Source: an uncultured Acidobacteriota bacterium (GTDB lineage Bacteria; Acidobacteriota; Thermoanaerobaculia; Multivoradales; DATKCC01). From it: DNA of 64,000 bases. The stretch lies in NCBI GenBank assembly GCA_963739795.1, contig CAVUBL010000010.1, forward strand, positions 178,799-242,798, written 5' to 3'. Every line of letters starts with the position of its first letter. Positions within the stretch are counted from its first letter, which is position 1. The notes beneath the pieces were generated by a model. That model ran no database searches. It was not told where the DNA came from and saw nothing but the letters and a program-made list of their open reading frames with translations. Both the position numbers and the translations under genes were made by a program. Positions 13,127 through 22,570 of this stretch are shown here, in pieces.

Positions 13127-13604
13127 GACCGAACGTCCACAGGCGGCGGGGGAGGACGGAGGGGACTCGCCCCGCTGGGACAGCCGCTGGATCATGGGGG
13201 TCCTGCCCCACCGTTACCCCTTTCTGCTGGTCGACCGGGTCCTCGAGATGGAGCCCGGCAAACGGATTGTCGCGATCAAGAACGTGACGATCAACGAGGA
13301 GTTCTTCGTCGGCCATTTCCCGGGGCATCCCGTGATGCCCGGTGTGCTCCTCGTCGAGGGGATGGCCCAGGCGGGAGGCATCCTGCTGCTCCACGATCGT
13401 CCGGACACCCGCGACAAGCTGGTCTACTTCGCCGGCATCGAGCGCGCCCGTTTCCGCCGCCCGGTGTTCCCGGGAGACCAGGTGCGCTACGAGGTGGAGG
13501 TCCTCGCCCTGCGCCAGACTTTCAGTAAGCTGGCATGCCGGGCGCTGGTCGACGGCAAGGTGGCGGCGGAGGCGGTGATCTCGTCGGCGACGGTGGACCG
13601 GTGA
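13119..13604 (+). CDS. fabZ: 3-hydroxyacyl-ACP dehydratase
   Basis: Hot-dog fold motifs ([31 protein letters not shown]). The TTG start overlaps the lpxD stop (TTGACTGA). The alternative start is the ATG at 13194. Confidence 0.85.
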   Translation: MTETERPQAAGEDGGDSPRWDSRWIMGVLPHRYPFLLVDRVLEMEPGKRIVAIKNVTINEEFFVGHFPGHPVMPGVLLVEGMAQAGGILLLHDRPDTRDKLVYFAGIERARFRRPVFPGDQVRYEVEVLALRQTFSKLACRALVDGKVAAEAVISSATVDR

Positions 13605-13609
13605 GCACG

Positions 13610-14434
13610 ATGGCCGCCACCGTCCACCCGACCGCCGTCGTCGATCCCTCCGCCGAGCTGGGCGAGGGAGTCTCGGTCGGCCCCCACGCCGTCATCGGTG
13701 CCGGCGTCGTGGTCGGGGAGGGCACCGAGATCGGCTCCGGCGCCCAGGTCCTGGGTCCCGGCACCCGCCTCGGCCGGGAGAACCGGGTCTTCCCGTACGC
13801 CTGCGTGGGCTTCGAGCCGCAGGACCTGAAGTTCCGGGGAGAGGAGACCCGGCTCGAGATCGGGGACCGCAACCAGATCCGGGAGTTCACCACCCTCCAC
13901 CGGGGAACAGCGTTCGGCGGCGGCGTGACCTCGATCGGCTCCGACAACCTCTTCATGGCCTACTGCCACGTGGCCCACGACTGCCACGTGGGCGATCGCT
14001 GCGTGTTCACCAACTGCGCCACCCTCGGGGGGCACGCGACGGTCCACGACGACGCCACCATCGGCGCCTTCAGCGCCGTCCATCCCTTTACCCGGGTGGG
14101 GCGGCACGCCTACATCGGTGGCTACACGGTGCTCACCATGGACGCCCTGCCGTACGTCAAGACAGTCGGTCAGAAGCCGGCCTGCCTGGGGCTGAACGTC
14201 ATCGGCCTGCGGCGCAAGGGGATGCCGGAGAAGACCCGGCGCCGGATCGGCAGGGCGATGAAGATCCTCCTCTCGTCGGGGCTCAACACCAGCCAGGCGG
14301 TCGAGCGCATCCGCGAGGAGCTCGCCGGAGTCGAGGAGATCGACTACCTGCTCGGGTTCATCGAGAGCTCGGAGCGCGGCGTGGTCAAGGCGGCCCCCGG
14401 GCGGCGGGGCGAGCGGGGCGGAGCGGCCGAATGA
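13610..14434 (+). CDS. lpxA: UDP-N-acetylglucosamine acyltransferase
   Basis: Hexapeptide-repeat acyltransferase with an LpxA C-terminal helical domain. The ATG at 13610 lies 6 nt after the fabZ stop. Confidence 0.9.
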   Translation: MAATVHPTAVVDPSAELGEGVSVGPHAVIGAGVVVGEGTEIGSGAQVLGPGTRLGRENRVFPYACVGFEPQDLKFRGEETRLEIGDRNQIREFTTLHRGTAFGGGVTSIGSDNLFMAYCHVAHDCHVGDRCVFTNCATLGGHATVHDDATIGAFSAVHPFTRVGRHAYIGGYTVLTMDALPYVKTVGQKPACLGLNVIGLRRKGMPEKTRRRIGRAMKILLSSGLNTSQAVERIREELAGVEEIDYLLGFIESSERGVVKAAPGRRGERGGAAE

Positions 14435-15378
14435 GCGGCGCGCCCTCCATCCTCCGGGCCGGCGTCTTCGGCACCGGCGCCCTCGGGCGCCACCACACGC
14501 GGATCCTCGGGGAGCTCCCGGATGCCGAGCTGGTGGGGATCTACGACCCCCGGGAGGAGGCCGCGCGGGCGATGGCCGAGGCCCACGGAGCGCGAATCTT
14601 TCCCTCTGCGGAGGCCCTCGCGTCCGAGATCGAGGTCGCGGTGGCGGCGGTGCCCACCGTGCTCCACGCCGAGGTGGGCTGCGCCCTTCTCGAGCGGGGC
14701 ATCCACGTGCTGGTGGAAAAGCCCCTCGCCTCCTCACTGGCGGAGGCCGACCGTTTGATCGAAGCGGCTCGCGCGGCGGGCGTCGTTCTGGGCGTGGGGC
14801 ACGTGGAGTTCTTCAACCCGGCGGTCCGGGTTCTCCACGGCTTCGTGCGCGAGGAAGGGATCGTTCCGGGGTTCGTCGAGGTGCAACGCCTTGCGCAGTT
14901 CACCCCCCGGAGCCTGGACGTGGACGTGGTGCTCGACCTGATGATCCACGACCTCCAGATCCTCCACGCCCTCGACCCGAGCCCGCTGGCCGAGGTCCGG
15001 GCCACGGGCATCAACGTGCTCTCCCCGCGCATCGACATCGCCAACGTCCGTCTGGAGCTCGAGAGCGGCTGCGTCGCCAACCTCACCGCGTCGCGGGTCT
15101 CTTCCGATCGGGTGCGCAAGCTCCGCATGTTCGGGCGCTCCCGCTACTTCTCCCTGGACTACCAGGACCAGGAGGTGAAGGGCTATCGCCTCGAGACCTC
15201 CGGGGACGGGCGGCAGATCCAGCCCACCGACCTGCCGGTGGAGAAGGCAGAGCCCCTGCGCCGAGAGCTCGAGGCGTTCCTCGCCGCGTGCCGCGGTGAG
15301 GGCGGCGAGCACGTGAGCGGTGAGGAGGGGCGGCGGGCGCTGGCGACCGCCCTGGCGGTGGTCGAGGCGATTCAGTAG
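14431..15378 (+). CDS. Gfo/Idh/MocA-family NAD(P) oxidoreductase, GnnA-like candidate (UDP-GlcNAc 3-dehydrogenase)
   Basis: N-terminal Rossmann fold (LRAGVFGTGALGRHH) with a C-terminal GFO_IDH_MocA domain. Its ATG overlaps the lpxA stop (ATGA), indicating translational coupling. Confidence 0.8.
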   Translation: MSGAPSILRAGVFGTGALGRHHTRILGELPDAELVGIYDPREEAARAMAEAHGARIFPSAEALASEIEVAVAAVPTVLHAEVGCALLERGIHVLVEKPLASSLAEADRLIEAARAAGVVLGVGHVEFFNPAVRVLHGFVREEGIVPGFVEVQRLAQFTPRSLDVDVVLDLMIHDLQILHALDPSPLAEVRATGINVLSPRIDIANVRLELESGCVANLTASRVSSDRVRKLRMFGRSRYFSLDYQDQEVKGYRLETSGDGRQIQPTDLPVEKAEPLRRELEAFLAACRGEGGEHVSGEEGRRALATALAVVEAIQ

Positions 15379-15415
15379 GGCGCCCGCCGCACCCCAGTCC
15401 GGCCAGCCCGCCGGA

Positions 15416-17290
15416 TCACTTCGGGTCCTCGAGGTCCTCGAGATCGACGCTGGTCGAGCCCCAGGCGCCGGTGGCCAGGTCCTCCACCAGCACCACGCCC
15501 CACGCCGCGCCGGAGGGGATCTCGACGCGGCCGGCGATGGGCACGAGGGCCGGCGCCTCGGCCGCCGCCGTCTCCCGCCCCAGCTCCACGATCTCCGGCG
15601 GGCCGACCCCGTCCCCGGTGCCGGTTCCCGCCGGCGCCGCGATCCCCAGCGTCGCCCGAAAGACCGTGTCCCCGTCCGAGCTCCCGAGGCTCGAAAGGTC
15701 GGGCTCCGCCACGACTCGAGCCTCCCCGGCGCCGGTCCCGGGGTGTGCCCAGGCGGTGACCTTCAGCTTGCCGGCGGACGGCGCCGCCTCGGCGAGGAGC
15801 CGGCGCAGGCGGGCCGCGGCCACCGTCGGCGGCGCTCCGAAGCGGACCCGGGCCGGTGCCTGCACGTCCACCCGAGGCCGCGACGAGGCCACCTCCAGCT
15901 CGTGGAGCTCGCCGTCGGGCAACCCCGGAAGCTGCACGGTGGCGATCACCCGGCGATCGAGGGCCGCGAGAGCCGCGTCCATGTCCTCGGGCCGGCTGAC
16001 CACCACACCGGCGCTGCCCCGGGCGAGGAGGGTCGGGCCGGCCGCCGGGGCTCGGGGGAGCGCCGCCGCCGCGGGAACGTCCACGACCGCGTCCGGGTCC
16101 CGCCGGGCCGCCTTCGCGTAGTAGCGCCGCGCCTTGCCGGCGTCGCTCCGGCCTTCCCAGCTCCGGGCGATGAGCACCAGGGCCCGGGCCTGCTCGTTGG
16201 CGGTGCGGGGGTCCCTGGCGAAGTGCACCAGGGCCCTCTCGGCGGCTTCGGCAGCGCCCTCGAGCTCGCCCTGGCCCAAGCGGGCGGCAGCAAGGTCCAG
16301 GTAGGCGCGGGCGCGCTTCGGATCTCGGTCCTCCTCGTAGGTCGCGCCGCCCAGGAGCGCACCCAGGAAGATCGGCACCCGGCTGCGGGCGCCCAGACCG
16401 AACCGCCATTTGCCGATCCGCCATCCCGGCACGAGTCCGGAGCCCTCGAGCCGGACCAGGGGCTGGACGAGCCAGCCGTAGGCCGCCAGCGTGTCGGAGA
16501 GCTCGGAGGCCGGGGGAACCAGGGCGGCGGTCCCCGGGCCAGGGCTCTCCCCTTCGGAGGTGACCGGCGTCGGATCGAAGCCACCGGCGGTCAGGAAGAC
16601 GCAGCGCCGAGCGCTCGAGCCCGCCCCGCGCTCGACCAAGGCCAGCAGCAGGGTGTCGAGGCGCCGCTGGAAGAGGGTGACCTCACGCGCCGCGTCGAGC
16701 CGCCGGAGGGCCGCGCGCTCTTCGGTCCCCTGCGCAGAGCGGAGCTCCTGGAGGGCTTGGAGGCGCAGGGTGACCAGGGCGTCCTCTCCCCGGGGCTGAA
16801 GCGCGAGCCGGGCGAGGGCGGTCTCGAGAGCCGCGGCGTCCCGGGTCGGGTACACGAGCGTCCTCGGCCGGGGATCGGCCACCACCAGCTCGATCTCGCC
16901 TCGGGAGACCAGGTCGTCGAGGTGGTCGAGGAGCTGGGAGGCGGCCCATGCGACCTGGCCCTCGTCGGCCAGGACCAGGTCGAAGTAGAGGACGATGCGC
17001 GCCGGAGCGGCGGTCTCGCCGGGCAGGTCCAGGCTGACGACGGGGCGCGGCTCGCCGTCGATGCGCACCGCGAGGTCGGAGGGCACAAGGTCAGACGGCG
17101 ACCGGCTCCGATGGGCCAAGACCGGGAGGCCGCTTCCCGACACGTCGAGGGCGATGTCCACGGCGGTGACCCGCTCCTGACCGCGGAAGGCGCTCGGGGT
17201 GTGGGGCGGGTCGGACGGCCGGGCGCCGGCCGGCGGGGCCGCGGCGAAGAGGCAGGCGGCGAGGTACAGGACGGAGGGGAATCGTCTCAT
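15416..17290 (-). CDS. secreted vWA-domain protein with C-terminal TPR (Acidobacterial VWFA-related type)
   Basis: Signal peptide (MRRFPSVLYLAACLFAAAPPAGA), a MIDAS-like DVSGSG motif near the N-terminus, and TPR-like repeats at the C-terminus. The start is taken at the Met beginning the signal peptide. Confidence 0.7.
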   Translation of the reverse strand: MRRFPSVLYLAACLFAAAPPAGARPSDPPHTPSAFRGQERVTAVDIALDVSGSGLPVLAHRSRSPSDLVPSDLAVRIDGEPRPVVSLDLPGETAAPARIVLYFDLVLADEGQVAWAASQLLDHLDDLVSRGEIELVVADPRPRTLVYPTRDAAALETALARLALQPRGEDALVTLRLQALQELRSAQGTEERAALRRLDAAREVTLFQRRLDTLLLALVERGAGSSARRCVFLTAGGFDPTPVTSEGESPGPGTAALVPPASELSDTLAAYGWLVQPLVRLEGSGLVPGWRIGKWRFGLGARSRVPIFLGALLGGATYEEDRDPKRARAYLDLAAARLGQGELEGAAEAAERALVHFARDPRTANEQARALVLIARSWEGRSDAGKARRYYAKAARRDPDAVVDVPAAAALPRAPAAGPTLLARGSAGVVVSRPEDMDAALAALDRRVIATVQLPGLPDGELHELEVASSRPRVDVQAPARVRFGAPPTVAAARLRRLLAEAAPSAGKLKVTAWAHPGTGAGEARVVAEPDLSSLGSSDGDTVFRATLGIAAPAGTGTGDGVGPPEIVELGRETAAAEAPALVPIAGRVEIPSGAAWGVVLVEDLATGAWGSTSVDLEDLEDPK

Positions 17291-17517
17291 GGCGCGCTCT
17301 CCGGGGGCGAAGGGCCGAGCCCGCAAGGCCGATGCCAGCCCGAACGCCGCCGGTGACTCGAGCCTACCGCTCGCGAAGGGCGCCGGAGCGTATCGCGGCG
17401 AAACCTGGAGGCCAAGTCCGCGCCCCCATGGGCCTCCAAATGCGTTAGCCTAGGGGTCTGCGCGAGCCGGCCGAGTCCTCGGCCGGTGGGATCTAAATTC
17501 ACCGGGAGAAAGTTGGT

Positions 17518-20500
17518 ATGCCTTCGTCGAACGCGGAGATCGTCAAGACCGAGTTGGTGAGGGAGCTGGCCGCCACGGCGCGCGAGCGCGTGGCGGCGTC
17601 CGGAGAGGGGGAGGGCCAGGGCGGCCCCGACTCGGTCGAGCGCTTTGTCCGGAGCTGCTACGAGACCATCGCTCCGGACGACCTGATGGCCCGGGACAAG
17701 GACGACCTGGTGGAGCAGGCCCTGTCCCTCTGGCGCTGGGGGGCCGAGCGCGAGCCGGGCGTCGCCAAGATCCGGGTCTTCGACCCGACGCGCCAGGAGC
17801 ACGGCTGGGAATCCCCGTTCACCGTCGTCGAGGTGGTCAACGACGACATGCCCTTCCTGGTCGATTCCGTGACCGCGGCCCTCAACGCCCGGGAGCACCC
17901 GGTGCAGCTCGTCCTCCACCCGGTCGTGGCGGTGGCCCGGGACGAGCAGGGGGCACGCCGGCGCCTCGCCCTGCTGCCGGCGGGCGAGGGCTGGAGCCCC
18001 GAGTCCTACATGCAGGTGGAGCTCGACCGGATCTTCGACCCCGCCGAGCTCGAGGAGACCCGCAAGACCATCGAGATCGTGCTCGAGGACGTCCGTGCGG
18101 CGGTCGGCGACTGGCGGGCGATGCGGGACAAGATCGGCGAGATCGTCGACGGCTGGGAGGCCTCGCCGCCGCCGGTCGAAGAGGGAGAGCTCGAGGAGGC
18201 GAAGCAGCTCCTCCGCTGGCTCGACGACGACCACTTCACCTTCCTCGGCTACCGCGAGCTCGACCTGGTCGAAACGAAGGGCGAGACCTACCTGCGGCTG
18301 GTGCCGGGCTCGAGCCTCGGCGTCCTCCGCGCCCGCGAGACCGAGCACTCCCGGCGCCTCCGCCCCCTGACCGAAAAGATGGCGCAGTTCGCCCGCGAGC
18401 CCCGCCTGCTGTTCGTGACCAAGGCCAACCACCGGGCGACGGTGCACCGGCGCTCCCACATGGACTACGTCGGCCTCAAGCGCTTCGACGAGTCCGGCCG
18501 GGTGGTCGGCGAGCGGCGCTTCCTCGGCCTGTTCACCTCCATCGCCTACAACCGCCAGGCGAGGAAGATCCCCCTGCTGCGCGAGAAGGTGGAGCGGACG
18601 CTCCAGCGGGCCGGCTTCCCGTCCGAGGGGCACGACGGCAAGGCCCTCCTCCACATCCTCGAGACCTTCCCGCGCGACGAGCTCTTCCAGATCTCCGAGC
18701 AGCGGCTGCTGGAGATCAGCGTCGGCATCCTCCAGCTCCAGGAGCGCCAGCGCATCGCCCTCTTCGTCCGCCGGGACCCCTTCGAGCGCTTCGCCTCGTG
18801 CCTGGTCTACGCGCCCCGGGACCGCTACAACACCGAGCTGCGCCTGACCATGCAGAAGATCCTGGAGGAGGCCTTCGACGGCGCGGTCACCGCCTACTAC
18901 ACCCAGGTGACCGACTCGCCCCTCGCCCGGGTCCACTACATCGTCCAGACCACCCCGGGCCGGCTTCCGGACGTCGACGTCAAGGAGGTCGAGACCCGTC
19001 TCACCCAGGCCGCCAGAACCTGGAGCGACCAGCTCCGCGAGGTGCTCCTGGCAAGGGGCGACGAGGAACGCCAGGTGCGCCTGTTCAAGCGCTACCGGGA
19101 AGCGTTCCCCACCTCGTACCGCGAGCAGTTCACGGTCGAGGACACGCTCCTCGACATCGCCAAGATCGAGGAGGTGCTGGACAGCGGGCGCCTGGGCATG
19201 TACCTCTACCGCAAGCCCGAGGCGCCGGCCGACGAGGTGCGCTTCAAGCTCTACCATGCCGGGCGGCCCATCCCCCTGTCCGACGCCCTTCCGCGCCTGG
19301 AGAACATGGGGGTCCGCGTCGGCTCGGAGATCCCTCACGAGATCCGGCCCGAGGGCTCGGAGGAGTCGGTCTGGATGCACGACTTCGGCCTCGAGCTCAC
19401 GGGCGGTGGCCAGGCCGCGGGCTTCGCGCGTCTGGAGGAGATCTTCCCCGAGGCCTTCGAGCGCATCTGGCACGGCGAGGTGGAAAACGACGGCTTCAAC
19501 CGGCTGGTCGTGCGTGCCGGCCTGGCCTGGCACGAGGTGGTGGTGCTCCGGGCCTACGCGAAGTTCCTCCGCCAGGCGCGCTCAGCCTTCAGCCAGGCCT
19601 ATATGCAGGAGACCCTGGCCAGCAGCCCCGATCTCTCCCGGCTTCTGGTGGAGCTCTTCCAAGTGCGTTTCGACCCCGACCATCGGGAAGGGGTCGAGGA
19701 GCGGTTGTCGGAGGTCCAGAAGCGGCTCCAGGCGGCGCTCACCGAGGTCAAGAGCCTGGACGAGGACCGGATCTTCCGACGCTTCCTGAACCTGGTCCGC
19801 AACACCCTGCGCACGACCTACTTCCAGCGCACCCCCGAGGGGGAGCGCAAGGCGTACCTGTCCCTGAAGCTCAAGTCGGCGGACATCAAGGTCCTGCCGA
19901 TGCCCCGGCCTCTCTACGAGATCTTCGTCTACTCGCCGCGCACCGAGGCGGTCCACCTGCGAGGCGGCAAGGTGGCCCGCGGCGGCGTGCGCTGGTCCGA
20001 CCGCCGGGAGGACTTCCGCACCGAGATCCTCGGCCTGATGAAGGCCCAGATGGTGAAGAACGCCGTGATCGTGCCGGTGGGGGCCAAGGGCGGCTTTGTC
20101 CTCAAGCAGGCTCCGGCGGCCGGCGACCGGGAGGCGCTGCTCGCCGAGGGGATCGCCTGCTACCAGATCATGATCCGGGGCCTCCTCGACCTCACCGACA
20201 ACCTGGTCGAAGGCAAGGTGGTGGCGCCTTCCCGGGTCGTGCGCCTGGATGACGACGACCCCTACCTGGTGGTCGCCGCCGACAAGGGCACCGCCAAGTT
20301 CTCCGACATCGCCAACCGCCTGGCCGCCGAGTACGGCTTCTGGCTCGGCGACGCCTTCGCCTCCGGCGGCTCGGCGGGCTACGACCACAAGGCCATGGGG
20401 ATCACGGCCAAGGGCGCCTGGGTGGCGGTCGAGCGGCACTTCCGGGAGCTGGGGGTCGACATCCGCCACGAGCCGTTCACGGTGGTCGGCGTCGGCGACA

Positions 20501-22398
20501 TGTCGGGCGACGTCTTCGGCAACGGCTTACTGCTCTCGAAGCACATCCGGCTGTTGGGCGCGTTCAACCACCTCCACGTCTTCATCGATCCGGACCCGAA
20601 CCCCTCGACCTCGTTCGCCGAGCGCAAGCGCCTCTTCTCCCTCGCCCGCTCGAGCTGGGGGGACTACGACCGGAGCAAGATCTCCAAGGGCGGCGGCGTC
20701 TTCGACCGGGCGGCCAAGTCCGTCGACCTGTCGCCGGAGATCCGGGAGCTGCTCGGGATCAAGGAGGAGTCGGTGCCGCCGGCGCGGCTGATCCAGGCCC
20801 TCCTCACGCACCGGGTGGATCTCTTGTGGTTCGGCGGCATCGGCACCTTCGTCAAGGCCACCGACGAGACCCACGGCCGGGTGGGCGACCGGGCCAACGA
20901 CGACGTGCGGGTGGACGCCTCCCGGCTGCGCTGCCGCGTGGTCGGGGAGGGGGCCAACCTGGGGATCACCCAGCGCGGGCGCATCGAGTACGCCCGCGCC
21001 GGCGGCAAGATCAACACCGACGCCATCGACAACTCGGCGGGTGTCGACACTTCGGACCACGAGGTGAACATCAAGGTCCTCCTGGGCGACGTCGTGGCCC
21101 GCGGCGACCTGACCGTCGAGGACCGCAACGCTCTGCTCGAGACCATGAGCAACGAGGTGAGCAGCCTGGTCCTCCGGGACAACTACCTCCAGACCCAGGC
21201 GATCTCGGTGACCGAGACCCAGGGCGCCTCCCTCCTCGACGCCCAGCAGCGGATGATGCGGGTGCTCGAGCGGGCCGGGCGCCTGGACCGGTCCCTCGAG
21301 TGGCTTCCCGACGACGAGGCCCTCGCCGAGCGCCAGGCGGCGAGCGCCGGCCTCACGCGGCCCGAGATCGCTGTGCTCCTGGCCTACAGCAAGATCTCCC
21401 TCTACCGGGACCTGCTCCGGTCGACCCTGCTCGACGACGCCCTCTTGGCCGAAGACCTGGTCCTGTACTTCCCCCGACCACTCCGCCGCAAGTACCGGCG
21501 GGCGATCGAGCAGCACCGCCTGCGCCGCGAGATCATCGCCACCTACGTCACGAACAGCATGGTCAACCGCGTCGGTCCGACCTTCGTCACCGAGATCGTG
21601 AGCGAGACCGGCGCCGAGCCGGCGGACGTGGCCCGCGCCTACACCGTGGCCCGGGAGTCCTTCGACCTGCGCTCGGTGTGGCGCGCCATCGAAGCTCTCG
21701 ACAACCGCGTGCCGGCGGACGTCCAGCTCAGGATGACGGTGGCGGCGGGGAGGCTGGTCGAGAGGGTGACCCTCTGGTTCCTGCGCTACGCCGAGTCTCC
21801 GCTGGACATCAGCGCCTGCACCCGGGAGTTCTCGCCGGCGGTTGGAACACTCCTCGAGCACCTGGAGGAGCTGCTCTCCCGAACCGAGCTGTCAGAGCTG
21901 CGCAAGCGGGAGAAGAGCTACACGAGGGACGGCGTGCCGGCCGATCTGGCCCGGCGGGTCGCCGCCCTGTCCGACCTGGCCGCCGCCTGCGACATCTGGA
22001 CCCTTGCCCGGAGCGGCAGCCGCGGCGTGGAGGAGGTGGGGCGGATCTACTTCGCTCTTGGCGACCGGTTCCGCCTGGACTGGCTGCGGGACCTGGCAGG
22101 CCGTCTGAGCGCCGACGGGCGCTGGAAGAAGGCCGCGGTGACCGCCGTGGTCGACGACCTGTTCGTCCACCAGGGGGCGCTGACCCGCCAGGTGCTGGAA
22201 GGCGTGGGCAGCAACGGTGGCGCCCGGCGGATCATCGACGCCTGGGCGCGGCGCCGGCCCGAGGCCGTCTCGCGGACCGACGAGGTCCTGCGGGAGATCC
22301 GCGCCGCCAAGACGCCCGACCTGGCCATGCTCATGGTCGCCGACGACCAGCTCCGCCGCCTGGTGGCGGTGGGGGACGAAGGAGAAGGAAAGAGCTGA
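17518..22398 (+). CDS. gdhB: NAD-specific glutamate dehydrogenase, large (~180 kDa) Bac_GDH family
   Basis: A 1626 aa protein with the catalytic core (GANLGITQRGRIEYARAGGKINTDAIDNSAGVDTSDHEVNIKVLL) embedded in long N- and C-terminal extensions typical of the 1600-aa bacterial NAD-GDH. Confidence 0.9.
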   Translation: MPSSNAEIVKTELVRELAATARERVAASGEGEGQGGPDSVERFVRSCYETIAPDDLMARDKDDLVEQALSLWRWGAEREPGVAKIRVFDPTRQEHGWESPFTVVEVVNDDMPFLVDSVTAALNAREHPVQLVLHPVVAVARDEQGARRRLALLPAGEGWSPESYMQVELDRIFDPAELEETRKTIEIVLEDVRAAVGDWRAMRDKIGEIVDGWEASPPPVEEGELEEAKQLLRWLDDDHFTFLGYRELDLVETKGETYLRLVPGSSLGVLRARETEHSRRLRPLTEKMAQFAREPRLLFVTKANHRATVHRRSHMDYVGLKRFDESGRVVGERRFLGLFTSIAYNRQARKIPLLREKVERTLQRAGFPSEGHDGKALLHILETFPRDELFQISEQRLLEISVGILQLQERQRIALFVRRDPFERFASCLVYAPRDRYNTELRLTMQKILEEAFDGAVTAYYTQVTDSPLARVHYIVQTTPGRLPDVDVKEVETRLTQAARTWSDQLREVLLARGDEERQVRLFKRYREAFPTSYREQFTVEDTLLDIAKIEEVLDSGRLGMYLYRKPEAPADEVRFKLYHAGRPIPLSDALPRLENMGVRVGSEIPHEIRPEGSEESVWMHDFGLELTGGGQAAGFARLEEIFPEAFERIWHGEVENDGFNRLVVRAGLAWHEVVVLRAYAKFLRQARSAFSQAYMQETLASSPDLSRLLVELFQVRFDPDHREGVEERLSEVQKRLQAALTEVKSLDEDRIFRRFLNLVRNTLRTTYFQRTPEGERKAYLSLKLKSADIKVLPMPRPLYEIFVYSPRTEAVHLRGGKVARGGVRWSDRREDFRTEILGLMKAQMVKNAVIVPVGAKGGFVLKQAPAAGDREALLAEGIACYQIMIRGLLDLTDNLVEGKVVAPSRVVRLDDDDPYLVVAADKGTAKFSDIANRLAAEYGFWLGDAFASGGSAGYDHKAMGITAKGAWVAVERHFRELGVDIRHEPFTVVGVGDMSGDVFGNGLLLSKHIRLLGAFNHLHVFIDPDPNPSTSFAERKRLFSLARSSWGDYDRSKISKGGGVFDRAAKSVDLSPEIRELLGIKEESVPPARLIQALLTHRVDLLWFGGIGTFVKATDETHGRVGDRANDDVRVDASRLRCRVVGEGANLGITQRGRIEYARAGGKINTDAIDNSAGVDTSDHEVNIKVLLGDVVARGDLTVEDRNALLETMSNEVSSLVLRDNYLQTQAISVTETQGASLLDAQQRMMRVLERAGRLDRSLEWLPDDEALAERQAASAGLTRPEIAVLLAYSKISLYRDLLRSTLLDDALLAEDLVLYFPRPLRRKYRRAIEQHRLRREIIATYVTNSMVNRVGPTFVTEIVSETGAEPADVARAYTVARESFDLRSVWRAIEALDNRVPADVQLRMTVAAGRLVERVTLWFLRYAESPLDISACTREFSPAVGTLLEHLEELLSRTELSELRKREKSYTRDGVPADLARRVAALSDLAAACDIWTLARSGSRGVEEVGRIYFALGDRFRLDWLRDLAGRLSADGRWKKAAVTAVVDDLFVHQGALTRQVLEGVGSNGGARRIIDAWARRRPEAVSRTDEVLREIRAAKTPDLAMLMVADDQLRRLVAVGDEGEGKS

Positions 22399-22480
22399 GA
22401 GCCTGTGAAAGAACCTCCGGCCCTGCTGCGGGCGCCCCCGAATCACCCCTCGCGACGGGCGGAGATTTTTTCACAGGCTC
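22398..22480 (+). other. 13-bp perfect inverted repeat (agagcctgtgaaa / tttcacaggctct) enclosing ~57 nt; candidate gdh 3' structure or regulatory element
   Basis: Seen directly in the sequence between the gdh stop and the selenoprotein-candidate gene. A T6 run sits just 5' of the distal arm. Coordinates approximate. Confidence 0.3.
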
Positions 22481-22570
22481 TGAGAGCTCGTCTCTTCCTG
22501 AAGCTCCTGGCACTTCGCGGCGTGGGATGAGAGGATCTCTCCACTGAGAACAGACCGCGGGAGAGGATCG

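Noticed and set aside
8831-13195. 1454-aa minus-strand ORF antisense to bamA-skp-lpxD
   Set aside because: It is exactly antisense to well-supported genes, and its translation is Arg/Gly/Pro/Ala-rich low complexity. This is the typical stop-codon-poor antisense frame of a 70% GC genome.
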